From Akkermansiaceae bacterium (GTDB taxonomy: Bacteria; Verrucomicrobiota; Verrucomicrobiia; Verrucomicrobiales; Akkermansiaceae): a DNA stretch of 48,933 nucleotides. The notes below the pieces were generated by a model. The model had not been told where the DNA came from and searched no databases. It saw only the letters and a program-made list of their open reading frames with translations. The translations under genes and the position numbers were made by a program. The stretch covers positions 1-48,933 of the forward strand of contig JBPOGF010000025.1 of NCBI GenBank assembly GCA_051251915.1. Direction: 5' to 3'. Numbering within the stretch: the first letter of the stretch is position 1; the number at the start of each line of letters is the position of its first letter. Shown here in pieces: positions 28,295 to 38,312 of this stretch.

Positions 28295-28765
28295 TTATTT
28301 GAGGAGCGGTTTTCGTAATTCCATGTGGTAATTTAAGAGGAGAGTGCCGTTTATATCAACTTCATTGTTTTTTAAAAGATCAAAGCCTTCGCGCTCGAGC
28401 AATGGTTTGGGGCAGCTTGAAGCTTATACATAGACCCGAGGTAGATTCATTGAGAATGCAGTTGCTATAGCGTGTCTTACCAGTTTGGTCATGATGCCTT
28501 GGCGTTTGAAGTCAGGGGTCACGTAGGCGCAATCTATGTGGCCGTCGAGGTCTAGTTCTAGGAAGCCGGTTATCTGATCTTGTTGTAGAGCAACGAATGG
28601 GCGCTTAAGTTCACAACGCTTTTTCCAGTGCTCAGGATTGGGTTTTCTATTTGACCAAGCTAAGCATTGTTCTGTTGAATAATGTTCTGATGCGATCTCG
28701 TGAATTGCTCTGGAGAATATGTTGGCGATGGCGACATGATCACCGTGTTGATATATACGTATCAT
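28295..28765 (-). pseudogene. YafP-like GNAT acetyltransferase with in-frame nonsense codon
   Basis: TAA at 28424-28426; frame continues ASSCPKPLLEREGF...LNYHMELRKPLLK* to 28295. Confidence 0.8.
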
Positions 28766-28805
28766 TTCTAACAGAATAGTAGAGGGTGGGTCACTGTGTG
28801 TGATC

Positions 28806-29129
28806 TTATTTATCTTTTGCTGTGCTTGGGGTCTTTGGTTCCTTATTGCTGTTTGTTGCTTCTATAGTCGATTTAAGAGCTTCTTCAGATTTTATTTTTC
28901 TGAACTCAGTTCTGAAGTGCTCTTTGGCCATTTCTGCGGAAGTAGTGCTTGGCGATAGTTCGATCTCGTTTGTGGTCTGCAGGGGGGTGACTTGGACTTC
29001 GATGCGTTGTTCTATTGGGAGTTTATCTTTGCATGATGGGAGAACTAAGAAGGTGGTGGTAATGCTTAAAATAATTAACGCAGATTTTTGATATGAATAT
29101 TTAGAGCGGTTTACTGAGTTATTTGTCAT
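28806..29129 (-). CDS. Hypothetical putative lipoprotein
   Basis: Hydrophobic stretch ending LPSC. Confidence 0.5.
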   Translation of the reverse strand: MTNNSVNRSKYSYQKSALIILSITTTFLVLPSCKDKLPIEQRIEVQVTPLQTTNEIELSPSTTSAEMAKEHFRTEFRKIKSEEALKSTIEATNSNKEPKTPSTAKDK

Positions 29130-29190
29130 TAGGTGGATGTGTGGGACGAGTTTAGGGCTTTAAGTATAGGAGGCTATGATGGAGAGTTTG

Positions 29191-30102
29191 TTAGGGGTGA
29201 TTTTTTGATTCTAGGCGATTCTTTAAGACTGAGTAGGTAAAGTATTGGAAGCCGGTTAGGGAGATGTCATTTGTCCAGGGGGCGGGTTCTTTGGCAAAGT
29301 CTTTGAGGTAGGTTTTTTCGGCTGCTGTTAGAGTGTTTGTAGGTTTGGTGAACCAGTTTCCCATGAAATTGTTTTGCTGGATGTTGTCTAGCGGGTGTTC
29401 TGCGCTAAAGATAGGCCAGATGTCTACTTTTGATGGAGATTTGGACAGGGCTTGGAGACGTTCACGGGTGTAGCGGAAGGTGCTTTGTGGGGTGTTTCTG
29501 TATGCGTGAACTAGAAGTCGATCAACTTGCTTCGTGATTGCGGTGGATTGTGCATCAGAGGTAAGTTTTTCATCATTGAGCCAACCTATGTATGCTTCCA
29601 CTAGGAGGTTGTGTCGATCCGCTATGGTGCGCATGTGTTTTAGTCGAGTGATGAATCCTGGATAGTCTGAGTTATTCCAGTATTCGTATTCGAGGTTGAT
29701 GACATCGCATTTGCCGGGGAACTTTTGGTTGTAGATTTCGACTTGATCGAAGAAGGCTACTGTTTCACCAGCGATACCTATTTCTTTGATGTCGTATTTC
29801 TCTTTTGCTTGGGTAATGAAGGCGGAGAGTTTTGCGTGATGGGAAGAGCTGAAAACGGTATGGATATTGTAGAGAACTAGGTAGTCAAACCCATGGGCTT
29901 GAGAAAATTCTAAGAGGGATTTTGTTTGTTCTGGGCTAGTTAGGATTTTGTTAAATTGGTCTACGTAGAGCCCTCTGCGCGTGTTGGTCTCTATTGGTGT
30001 TTTACTATCAGGAGGTGTAGCGCAGGTGATGGCGACAGTGAGAACGAGCAGGAGTGAGGTTAGAAGGATCCATGATTGGGTTTTGAGGTGGGTATTTATC
30101 AT
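29191..30102 (-). CDS. Secreted hypothetical protein (possibly glycoside hydrolase-like TIM barrel)
   Basis: Signal peptide; RGLYVD..., INLEYEYW; fold assignment tentative. Confidence 0.55.
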   Translation of the reverse strand: MINTHLKTQSWILLTSLLLVLTVAITCATPPDSKTPIETNTRRGLYVDQFNKILTSPEQTKSLLEFSQAHGFDYLVLYNIHTVFSSSHHAKLSAFITQAKEKYDIKEIGIAGETVAFFDQVEIYNQKFPGKCDVINLEYEYWNNSDYPGFITRLKHMRTIADRHNLLVEAYIGWLNDEKLTSDAQSTAITKQVDRLLVHAYRNTPQSTFRYTRERLQALSKSPSKVDIWPIFSAEHPLDNIQQNNFMGNWFTKPTNTLTAAEKTYLKDFAKEPAPWTNDISLTGFQYFTYSVLKNRLESKNHP

Positions 30103-30141
30103 GGGTTAGATTTACTTCTTCAGTTGCATGTGTCTTCAGAG

Positions 30142-31710
30142 TTATTCGTCTTTGAGTACTTGATGGGCGGTGTACCAGAAGCGGGTGGAAGAGATGTCTG
30201 AGAGCTTGGAGGTGACTTTTTTGGAGAGTGTGATGTCGTAGATTTTGTCGGCTATTGGTGGGTTTTTGAGGTCTATGATAAGGGTGTTTTTGTCGATGCT
30301 GATCTTAGCGATGTCTTCTAGCTTTTGGTTTGTTTTTTGTGAGCCGTAGCTGGAGTGGTAGTCAGTGCCGTAGGATTTGACGATGTATCTTGTGAGTTCT
30401 TCAGGTGCTGTGATGGGAGCGTTGAAGGTGAACTGGAAGCCTGTTTTGGTGAGCTTCACTTGGTCTGCGAGGAGGTAAGGTTTTCCGTTGTAGGTGATTT
30501 TCTTGAGGCCTTCTCTGCCTGGCCAGCTGAGGTGGGTTTTTCCGGTGTAGAGGGATTTGCCGTCTGGTGAGTATAGGAGTCTGTTGTTGCCGTGATTTAA
30601 CAGGGGAGTGTTGATCATGTGGGTGACTGTGCCTTGCACTTTGCCGTTGACTGTGTCTGGCATGTAGCGGATGAGGCGGGAGTGGTTCATTTCTCCTACG
30701 AGGAGTTGCTCAGGGGGGGCTGGGTCTTTTGTTAGAGGGGCGAAATTTTCTGAGTATGGTAGGATCTGAGTGATGGAGTTACCGGCGTCGCCTTGAGGGA
30801 GGAGGGCGGAGGCTTTGATTCTCATTGAGTCCAGTTGCTTGGCTGGGAGGTCAGCTGGGGTGACTTTTGGCGGGTTAGGTCCCCAGGATAATGAGGCTGG
30901 GTGGCCGTGGAAGCCGCCTTTTTCGATGCGGTGAATCTTGGATGCACCAACCCAGTCTCCTTGGTTATCTGAGACCCAGAGTTGGTCGTTGTCGTCCATG
31001 TAGAGTCCGTTTGGGGTGCGGAGTCCGGTGGCATACATGATTGCTTTTGGGTTGCCGGGTTGGATTTGTAGAACGCAGCCACGGTATGGGACGCGGGAGT
31101 ACATGCGGGGGAGTTTTGTTTTTTTGATATTCCATTCATCACCAGAGCCGTTGTTGAAGAAATCTTGTTGTTTGAGACCGCCGACGTCGAGCCATGGGCC
31201 GCGGACTTCTTCTCTGACTCCTGAGCCGTTGGAGGCGGTGCCGAGGGTGATGTAGATATTTTTCTGTGAGTCTTTGACTAGTCCGAAGGTGAACTCGTGG
31301 TAGTTGCCGGACATGCCCCAATCGCTGCATACTGTTTCGTAAACGTCAGCTACACCGTCGCCGTCTTTATCACGTAGGCGTGTGAGTTCTGGGCGCTGGA
31401 TAACGAGGATGGCGCCGTCTTCTTCGACGTAAATACCAAGTGGCTCGTGAAGTCCTCTGGCGAAGGTTTTCCAGGTTTTGGTTTCTGCGTTGTAGGTGGC
31501 GACTTCTCCACGGTGGAAGCATGCTACGAGTTGGCCTTTGGCGTTCATGGCTAGGCCACCTATTTGTGGATCGATGTCTTTATCGAGTGGGATGTCTGTG
31601 ATGGTGTAGTAGTCTTCCCAGGAGAACTCAGCGGTGGCTGAGATTGGGGATAGACTTAGGATGAGTGATGCTAAGGCGAGGGGTTTTGAAAGTAGGTTGT
31701 TGATTTTCAT
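30142..31710 (-). CDS. Secreted glucose/sorbosone-dehydrogenase-like beta-propeller protein
   Basis: FARGLHEPLG, DKDGDGVAD, NYHEFTFG, YATGLRTPNG, SDNQGDW. Confidence 0.8.
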   Translation of the reverse strand: MKINNLLSKPLALASLILSLSPISATAEFSWEDYYTITDIPLDKDIDPQIGGLAMNAKGQLVACFHRGEVATYNAETKTWKTFARGLHEPLGIYVEEDGAILVIQRPELTRLRDKDGDGVADVYETVCSDWGMSGNYHEFTFGLVKDSQKNIYITLGTASNGSGVREEVRGPWLDVGGLKQQDFFNNGSGDEWNIKKTKLPRMYSRVPYRGCVLQIQPGNPKAIMYATGLRTPNGLYMDDNDQLWVSDNQGDWVGASKIHRIEKGGFHGHPASLSWGPNPPKVTPADLPAKQLDSMRIKASALLPQGDAGNSITQILPYSENFAPLTKDPAPPEQLLVGEMNHSRLIRYMPDTVNGKVQGTVTHMINTPLLNHGNNRLLYSPDGKSLYTGKTHLSWPGREGLKKITYNGKPYLLADQVKLTKTGFQFTFNAPITAPEELTRYIVKSYGTDYHSSYGSQKTNQKLEDIAKISIDKNTLIIDLKNPPIADKIYDITLSKKVTSKLSDISSTRFWYTAHQVLKDE

Positions 31711-31722
31711 CGGACGTATCTG

Positions 31723-32583
31723 TTAGAGGGATTTGTAAGTGATAGTTAGAGTGTTGCCTGTCGTTTTGGTGGTGACTTCTAGCTTCTTGTTGCTCTCTAA
31801 CTTTAAAATCTGTGGAATGCTTGATGAGCTGGTGATGACGCGGGTGATGGTATTTGCGTCTGTGGTGATTTTTTCTGAAAATGTGGAGTTTCCGAATGTG
31901 TAGAGGAGGGTGGGAAATCCTTCTTTGGTTAGTTCGTAGCCGTTGAATTGTGGTTTTGTGTCGGGTTTGAAGAGTGGGCTTTCGGTGTAGATTACTTTGC
32001 CGACCTTTGCTAGGGAGTTGCCATTGCTTCTGAGGTAGGGAAAGTTGTCGATTTTACCAATGGAGATGTATCTGAGTTGGCATTTATCGGTGTCCCAGAT
32101 GAGGTTGTGATCTAGTGAGGTGGGGAGGGCAATGAGCATGGAGGCTGGGCCGGTATCGGGTAGGAATGTGCGGACGATGCGGGGGCGGAGTGTGGCGCTG
32201 GGGCTTTGTTTGAAGAGGTCTTTGTTGTTGCGGACGCGTTCGTCTTTTCCTTTGGTGATAGAGGTGATGTATTTGTGGATTTCCTCGAGTTCTTTTTTAG
32301 GGATGTGTGCCATGGATGGCATGACTGGCATGTCTGGGCGCTTTCTGCCTGGTTCGAGGCACCAGTTGATAAATTGGCGTTTATTTTTAGCTGGGTAGAG
32401 CTTGGCAATTTCTACTAGTGATGGTCCAACTAGTGCTTGGTCTGTGGCGTGGCAGACTACGCAGTTGGTGGTGAATGCAGCGGGCACAGGGGCTTCAGTT
32501 GCTTTGGCTTTAGGATCGGCTGCGTAGAGACTGTGAATTGCTGTTAGGCTAAGGGCACAGGTCGATAAGGTGGTTTTGAGCAC
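31723..32583 (-). CDS. c-type cytochrome with C-terminal beta domain
   Basis: Signal peptide; CVVCH..LVGPSL; MPSM. Confidence 0.85.
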   Translation of the reverse strand: MLKTTLSTCALSLTAIHSLYAADPKAKATEAPVPAAFTTNCVVCHATDQALVGPSLVEIAKLYPAKNKRQFINWCLEPGRKRPDMPVMPSMAHIPKKELEEIHKYITSITKGKDERVRNNKDLFKQSPSATLRPRIVRTFLPDTGPASMLIALPTSLDHNLIWDTDKCQLRYISIGKIDNFPYLRSNGNSLAKVGKVIYTESPLFKPDTKPQFNGYELTKEGFPTLLYTFGNSTFSEKITTDANTITRVITSSSSIPQILKLESNKKLEVTTKTTGNTLTITYKSL

Positions 32584-32620
32584 TGGACTATTGGGTTAGC
32601 TTTTGAGGTGAGTGGGGGGA

Positions 32621-33346
32621 TTATTTGAGTTCTTTAATAAGTAGGTTGCGGAAGGATACTTCATCGCCGTGATCTTGGAGTAAGATTTCATTGCTCTGCT
32701 TGGCGAAGGTTGGAAAGACTCTGTATTTACTCTTGGCGTAGGCTGCTTTCCATTCTTCTGATCCCATTTCAATCTCAACGACTTTTTCGCCGTTAAGCCA
32801 ATGTTCAAGATGGTTTCCGTTGGCGATGATATGGCCTGTGTTCCACTCACCGACTGGGTTGAGCTTCTTAGTTTTGGGTGCGGCAACGAGCTGGTAGAGT
32901 GAGGCTGTGCTGTTGAGTGGGTTTTTGTTGTCTTTACCGGCGACGTCATCTAGCACTTGGTATTCTAAGCCTAGGTTGTCGAGTGATCTGTATTTGATTC
33001 CACTGTTTCCTGCTTCGTTGATTTTGAATTCGAATTTGAGTTCGAAGTTTGGGTATTGTTTTAGGGTGATGATGCTGCCGCCTTTGGATTTATTTTCTGG
33101 GGATTTGCTGAGATGGAGGATTCCGTCTTTTACCGTCCAGGCGGTGACTTTATCTATGCTAGATTTTTTCCATGGTTTCCACTGGGAGAGGTTGTTTCCT
33201 TCGAGGAGGTTGTGCCATTGCTTAGCGGCGTCACTTTTCTCAGTTGCTGTTTGAGTCTTGGTTTCATTAGCTGCAGGTTCTGCTTGTGCGCTAATGGATA
33301 GTGAGATGGCGCTGATGGCGGATGCGGTGATTAGATTGATTTTCAT
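32621..33346 (-). CDS. DUF1080 / 3-keto-disaccharide hydrolase family protein
   Basis: FELKFEFK..GNSGIKY, EYQVLD, GEWN, HWLNG, LQDHG..V.FRN. Confidence 0.9.
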   Translation of the reverse strand: MKINLITASAISAISLSISAQAEPAANETKTQTATEKSDAAKQWHNLLEGNNLSQWKPWKKSSIDKVTAWTVKDGILHLSKSPENKSKGGSIITLKQYPNFELKFEFKINEAGNSGIKYRSLDNLGLEYQVLDDVAGKDNKNPLNSTASLYQLVAAPKTKKLNPVGEWNTGHIIANGNHLEHWLNGEKVVEIEMGSEEWKAAYAKSKYRVFPTFAKQSNEILLQDHGDEVSFRNLLIKELK

Positions 33347-33598
33347 GATTCTGCTTAATAACTTGAGATTGACGACAAATTTACTGCCTTAATAAGAGGG
33401 CACAAGACATAAAATTGAGGATAGACACTTTATTATAGAGGGGGTATGAGTATAAGTGTTTAGAATTGTAATGCCTAGGACGTCATGAAAGACGTTTTAT
33501 CCTCAGTGCAAGTAGGCTTTAATGTTGCACTTATAATAGATTTCTATCGAACCTTAAACTTTCTTTGGATAGGTTGTTCTTTGAAGAATGTAATATTT

Positions 33599-34225
33599 AT
33601 GAACATTTCATGCGTAATTTTCGATCTAGATGGCACACTCGTTGATAGTGAGGGACTGGGTAATCAAGCATTGCTGGATCTTATCCCCGACTTTAGCTGT
33701 TCTCTCGGAGAAATGCTAATTCGCTACAGAGGACTGCATTTTGCGTCGATAGTTGAGGATATAGAATCAAGGCTTGCCAGAAAGTTACCAGCCAATTTTG
33801 AGCACGACTATAGAGAGCGAGTAGCGGAGCTGTTTGATAACGAACTACGACCAATCTCTGGTGTCTCAAAAATGCTAAAAACTATTTCTTATCCTATGTG
33901 CGTCGCATCTAGTGGACCACCAGATAAGATTCGTAGGGCTCTATCAGTGTGTCACTTGGATCATTTTTTTGGAGATGATGTATTCAGTTCATACGAGATT
34001 CAATCATGGAAGCCAGAGCCTGATATATTTCTGCATGCTGCTAAAGTAATGGGTTTTCAGCCTGATCAGTGCGCTGTAATAGAAGATAGTCAGCCAGGAG
34101 TTCAGGCTGCTGTTTCGGCAGGAATGCATACTTTCCACTATACGCCTGAAGATGATAGTATAGATGACTTGAGCACGATCACTTTTAACTCCATGAGTGA
34201 ACTTCCTAATCTGTTAGGAGCCTAG
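33599..34225 (+). CDS. HAD-IA family phosphatase
   Basis: FDLDGTLVDSE, VASS, KPEPD, IEDS; start at MNISC. Confidence 0.9.
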   Translation: MNISCVIFDLDGTLVDSEGLGNQALLDLIPDFSCSLGEMLIRYRGLHFASIVEDIESRLARKLPANFEHDYRERVAELFDNELRPISGVSKMLKTISYPMCVASSGPPDKIRRALSVCHLDHFFGDDVFSSYEIQSWKPEPDIFLHAAKVMGFQPDQCAVIEDSQPGVQAAVSAGMHTFHYTPEDDSIDDLSTITFNSMSELPNLLGA

Positions 34226-34306
34226 CTAGAATACTCTAAAAAATAGTATGCTGATTTGTATCATGTAAAAATTTGAATTACTCACAGAAGATAATACGAA
34301 TAAGTA

Positions 34307-34813
34307 ATGAATCCTTCAAAAATACATCTAATCAGCGGAAGAACTGGTGCAGGGAAAACGACGATTGCTAAGCAAATGGAAAGTGATTTCCCGGCGTTTA
34401 GAGTTTCTCATGATGAGTTATTAGTTTCGTTGTATGGAGATGAAATCGGTGCAGGTGAATTCCAAGCATGCTGTCGCAAAATTAATGATGTGGTATGGAG
34501 GCAAGTAGCTCAGTTATCAGCGCTAGAAGTTGATGTCGTTATAGAGGGGTGGGGGACTCGGTCTCTGAGAGATCAAGCTCGTAAGGAATTGGATCGGCTA
34601 AATGTTAGTTATGAATTTTATTTTGTTGACTGCCCTAGGAATATACGTCTCGAAAGAGTGAGAAAACGAAATCAAAATACCAATGGTGAAGGCATGGAGA
34701 TCAGTGACGAAGAGTTTGAGCGCATGGAGCGAATTAAGGAGGAGTTTGATCAAGATGAAGAGTTCATTTTAATCGATAATACGGGGTCTAGAAATCAACT
34801 AAAGGAAGAATAA
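34307..34813 (+). CDS. P-loop nucleotide kinase-like (AAA_33) protein
   Basis: GRTGAGKTT; R..R lid motif. Confidence 0.8.
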   Translation: MNPSKIHLISGRTGAGKTTIAKQMESDFPAFRVSHDELLVSLYGDEIGAGEFQACCRKINDVVWRQVAQLSALEVDVVIEGWGTRSLRDQARKELDRLNVSYEFYFVDCPRNIRLERVRKRNQNTNGEGMEISDEEFERMERIKEEFDQDEEFILIDNTGSRNQLKEE

Positions 34814-35901
34814 TGAAGCCATACAAAAGATACATAGAAGATGGCGAGAGTGCTAGCGGTAGCGTAAATGTGGTCACCCGCGATGGTGATAGCGTATTGC
34901 GCCCGATGGGGCATTGGTCTACGAGTGTTCACGAATTGCTTGGCTTCTTAGAGGACTCTGGGTTTGACTATTCACCTCGCTTTCTAGAGATAGATGAGGA
35001 GGCTAAGCGAGAGCGTTTAAGTTATATTCAGGGTGAAGTGGCATTGCGACCATGGCCACGTGTGCTTTGTTCACTAGGAGGGCTTGAGCAGTTAGCGGAA
35101 ATGCTGAGGAGATACCATGAAGTCGCTAGAAAATTTCAACCAAAGATCAACCAATGGCATTTGCTAGATCGAGAGCTGCCAGCAGACTCAATCATCCGTC
35201 ATGGTGACCTTGGTCCTTGGAATATAGTCTGGGATGGGGAGCGTTTGGTAGGACTGATCGACTGGGATTTTGCTGAGCTTGGAACGGCGATAGAAGACGT
35301 AGCCCAAGCTGCGTGGCAGTGTATTCCACTCAAACCTTCCAGTCGTACACTTCAAACAGGAGTTTTTCCTGAGGATCAGCAACAACGCTTAGAGTTCTTT
35401 TGCAAGGCGTATGGTTGCTCAGTAGAAGAAGTAATAGGTCAAGTTAAGGTCATCCAAAACCTCGAATTAGATCGCATGAATACTCATGGGAAAGCTGGTG
35501 TAGAACCCTGGGTTTCGTTTCTTAATCGAGGCGATGTAGAGTTTGTCTCGGAAGATGCAGCATGGCTGAATAAAGATTTCGAGATAGATCTGCAAAAAGA
35601 ATCGCCCAATGGCATCATGGAAAAGGTTACTTTATCAGGCTATATTTTAGTTCCGGAGCGAGACCTTGAACTAGTGCGCCAAGAATTACCTGCTCATATC
35701 AAGCTAACTATGACTGAAGCAGGATGCCTCATTTTTAAGGTAGAGGAGCATCAGACAGAAAGGGGAAGGTTTGATGTGTATGAGGAATTTGAATCAAAGC
35801 AGGCATTTGAGCATCATCAGTATCGTGTTCGCCAGTCTGATTGGTTTGTCGTGACTATGAGAGCAGAGCGGTTTTATACGGTTCTGGGGCTGGCTAATTG
35901 A
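34813..35901 (+). CDS. APH-family phosphotransferase fused to an ABM/quinol monooxygenase-like domain
   Basis: HGDLGPWN, IDWD; C-terminal TEAGCLIF.V...FDVYEEF...AFEHHQ. Confidence 0.82.
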   Translation: MKPYKRYIEDGESASGSVNVVTRDGDSVLRPMGHWSTSVHELLGFLEDSGFDYSPRFLEIDEEAKRERLSYIQGEVALRPWPRVLCSLGGLEQLAEMLRRYHEVARKFQPKINQWHLLDRELPADSIIRHGDLGPWNIVWDGERLVGLIDWDFAELGTAIEDVAQAAWQCIPLKPSSRTLQTGVFPEDQQQRLEFFCKAYGCSVEEVIGQVKVIQNLELDRMNTHGKAGVEPWVSFLNRGDVEFVSEDAAWLNKDFEIDLQKESPNGIMEKVTLSGYILVPERDLELVRQELPAHIKLTMTEAGCLIFKVEEHQTERGRFDVYEEFESKQAFEHHQYRVRQSDWFVVTMRAERFYTVLGLAN

Positions 35902-35932
35902 AATCCAGCTGATAATTTTATAATCTAATAAA

Positions 35933-36544
35933 ATGTATATTCCTGAGAAATTTAGAGTTGAAGACAGAGAAGCGGTATTGGAGTTCATTCGCAAGCATCC
36001 TTTTGGGCTGCTATTGACGGTAAGTGATGGTGAGATCCTTGATACACATACACCTTTTTCATTGTCTGAGGACGAGGGGTGCCTCTATGGACATATAGCT
36101 AGAGCGAATGATCAGTGGAAGAGTTGGAGTAAAGTAACTAAGTCAAAGGTGGTTTTCACGGGGCCGCATGCGTATGTGTCGCCGAATTTTTATACATCTG
36201 ATGTAAACGTCCCTACATGGAACTATACCGCAATTTCGATCTCTGGGAAATTGAATGTGATCGATGATGAAACCGAAGTGTTAGGTTTTTTAGACCAACT
36301 AGTTAGCGAAAGTGAAAACTCAGAGACAGGCTGGGAACTAGACAGGAATGATGAACGTTACATGAAGTTGTTAGGAGGAATTGTTGTTTTTAAAATCTCG
36401 ATAGATAATGTGGATGCTTCATTTAAACTAAATCAGAACAAGACACGAGAAGACCAGCAAGGTGTGATCCGTTCATTGCAGAAAAGTGGTTGCCCTTTTG
36501 ACCATGAGGTGGCTGATATGATGGAGAAGATTACAAACAAATGA
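35933..36544 (+). CDS. PaiB-like FMN-binding protein
   Basis: MYIP..F, GHIARAN.QW, GPHAYVSP, VPTWNY, KLNQNK. Confidence 0.9.
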   Translation: MYIPEKFRVEDREAVLEFIRKHPFGLLLTVSDGEILDTHTPFSLSEDEGCLYGHIARANDQWKSWSKVTKSKVVFTGPHAYVSPNFYTSDVNVPTWNYTAISISGKLNVIDDETEVLGFLDQLVSESENSETGWELDRNDERYMKLLGGIVVFKISIDNVDASFKLNQNKTREDQQGVIRSLQKSGCPFDHEVADMMEKITNK

Positions 36545-36561
36545 GACTAGTCTAGTCTGTT

Positions 36562-37119
36562 TTAGTCGGGTAATTCTAGTTCGTAGTAGTGATAGGTTTC
36601 GCATTCAGTTGAACGCTTTTCGTTGAAGGTAAAACCTGCTCGAACCAAGACTCTGGAGGAATCTATATTATCCTTCAGTGAACGAGCCCAGAGCATCGTG
36701 TATCCTGCTTCTCTTGCTATCGCCGCTACTGCTAGAACTGTATTAGTCATTACACCACTGTGCTTATTACTAGATAGATAGCCTATTTCTGCGCCATTTA
36801 TGTCTGCAGTCTTTATGTCGATGTTAGCCGCAGGGTGTCCATCCTCGGTCAAAAGCATAAACACAAATTGCTCATGGTTATTCCAGCCATCAGAACCCAT
36901 CTTGAAGAAACCTTTAGCCATAGCCATTCCATAAGCTTGACCCTTGAGTCTTTCTTGAAAAATCCAAGAATACACTTTTGGTTCATTGCTGATAGCGATC
37001 AACCGTTCAAGCATTGTATCCGTCGCCTCGACCTCATCTGCACGTCTTAGGAAATAAGTGGAGCCAGTTAGGTGGTTTCTAACAGGGATTGATATGTCGT
37101 TGGGGAATTTTGGGGTCAT
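36562..37119 (-). CDS. RimJ/RimL-type GNAT
   Basis: AEIGY..HSGVMT; N.DS.RVL.RAGF. Confidence 0.75.
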   Translation of the reverse strand: MTPKFPNDISIPVRNHLTGSTYFLRRADEVEATDTMLERLIAISNEPKVYSWIFQERLKGQAYGMAMAKGFFKMGSDGWNNHEQFVFMLLTEDGHPAANIDIKTADINGAEIGYLSSNKHSGVMTNTVLAVAAIAREAGYTMLWARSLKDNIDSSRVLVRAGFTFNEKRSTECETYHYYELELPD

Positions 37120-37161
37120 TTTTAGAATATCGGTGCTAAGCTACTATGGTGACTTGTTTGG

Positions 37162-37671
37162 CTAATTCATTTTTAATGATTTGGTCATTAGTATTTCATC
37201 ATAGAATTTACCGTTGTCTATGAATGTCTCGTAATCTGTCCCGCACTTCAAAAATCCCATGGATTCATATAATCGTATAGCTGATGCTTGACCTGAGACA
37301 ACGGTTAGATTGATTCTTCTGATGTTCTCATTCTTTTCAGCAAGAGCAATTCCTTCCTTAAGAAGAGCACGTCCGATGCCTTTACCTCTATGATCAGGAT
37401 CTACGTAAAAACTGGCGATATACGATCGATGACCTTCATTAGTTCCAGTATAGAGTGAATGCCTGATCATTCCAACAATCGTGGAGTCAATAAACGCTCC
37501 AAACAATATTCTATCATCCGTTCCTATTAAATATTGCTCAATCTCAATGTTCGTTTTTACTGATTCTTCATCCGCGTTAGAGCCAAAAGCTGGCGGGTAC
37601 TCGTTCAATGCCTGAAGTCGAAGTTTTTGATAAATTGAAGCGTCTGATGAATCGAGTTGCCTGATGAGCAT
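37162..37671 (-). CDS. GNAT N-acetyltransferase
   Basis: VDPDHRGKGIG; AIRLYESMGF. Confidence 0.9.
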   Translation of the reverse strand: MLIRQLDSSDASIYQKLRLQALNEYPPAFGSNADEESVKTNIEIEQYLIGTDDRILFGAFIDSTIVGMIRHSLYTGTNEGHRSYIASFYVDPDHRGKGIGRALLKEGIALAEKNENIRRINLTVVSGQASAIRLYESMGFLKCGTDYETFIDNGKFYDEILMTKSLKMN

Positions 37672-37790
37672 GCTTAAATATTAGACAATAGATTATTTAA
37701 GTGACAGTAGAAAATTTAACGATCTACTTAATCTCTTTTATATTCGTCAAGTTTGGTTCACTGTGGCTTCATTAAGTAGAAATTTCAAAC

Positions 37791-38312
37791 ATGATCGGAA
37801 TAAGGTATATGCAGCGAGATGATGCTACAAGAGTGGTAGAGAGCCAAGTGAGAGCTTGGACGACTGCCTATGTGGGTATCATTCCTAAGCGAGTGTTAGA
37901 TCGGACCAGTCATGCAGAGCGCATCGAGGTCTGGGAGCGGATCATAAGGGAGTCACCTGAGCGGAGTAATCTAGTGGTGGTAGATTCTGAAATCATGGGG
38001 TGGGCTTGTCATGGTAAATGCAGAGATGAGGATAAGGACAGTGAAATTACTCAAGAGCTCTGGGGTGTCTACGTTGATCCAGCTTATCTGCGCTCTGGAT
38101 ATGGGCAGCAACTTTTGTCGTGTGCGATGAGTGAAACGTTAGAGATGGAGCCAGAAGAAATCACACTGTGGGTGTTGGAAGAGAACTACGGGGCCATAGC
38201 ATTTTATGAATCTAACCAATTTGTTCTAGATGGAGAGAAGAAAGCTCCTGAAAAAATAGGGGGAACAATAGAGGCGCGTATGGTGTTGAAAATAGAGAAC
38301 GAAACGCGATGA
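37791..38312 (+). CDS. GNAT N-acetyltransferase
   Basis: YVDPAYLRSGYG; LWVLEEN..AIAFYE. Confidence 0.9.
   Translation: MIGIRYMQRDDATRVVESQVRAWTTAYVGIIPKRVLDRTSHAERIEVWERIIRESPERSNLVVVDSEIMGWACHGKCRDEDKDSEITQELWGVYVDPAYLRSGYGQQLLSCAMSETLEMEPEEITLWVLEENYGAIAFYESNQFVLDGEKKAPEKIGGTIEARMVLKIENETR

Noticed and set aside
28424..28426. Stop-codon recoding (selenocysteine or alternative code), given the senB-like gene
   Set aside because: The stop is TAA at a Glu position, and TAA/TGA terminate normal genes throughout the window
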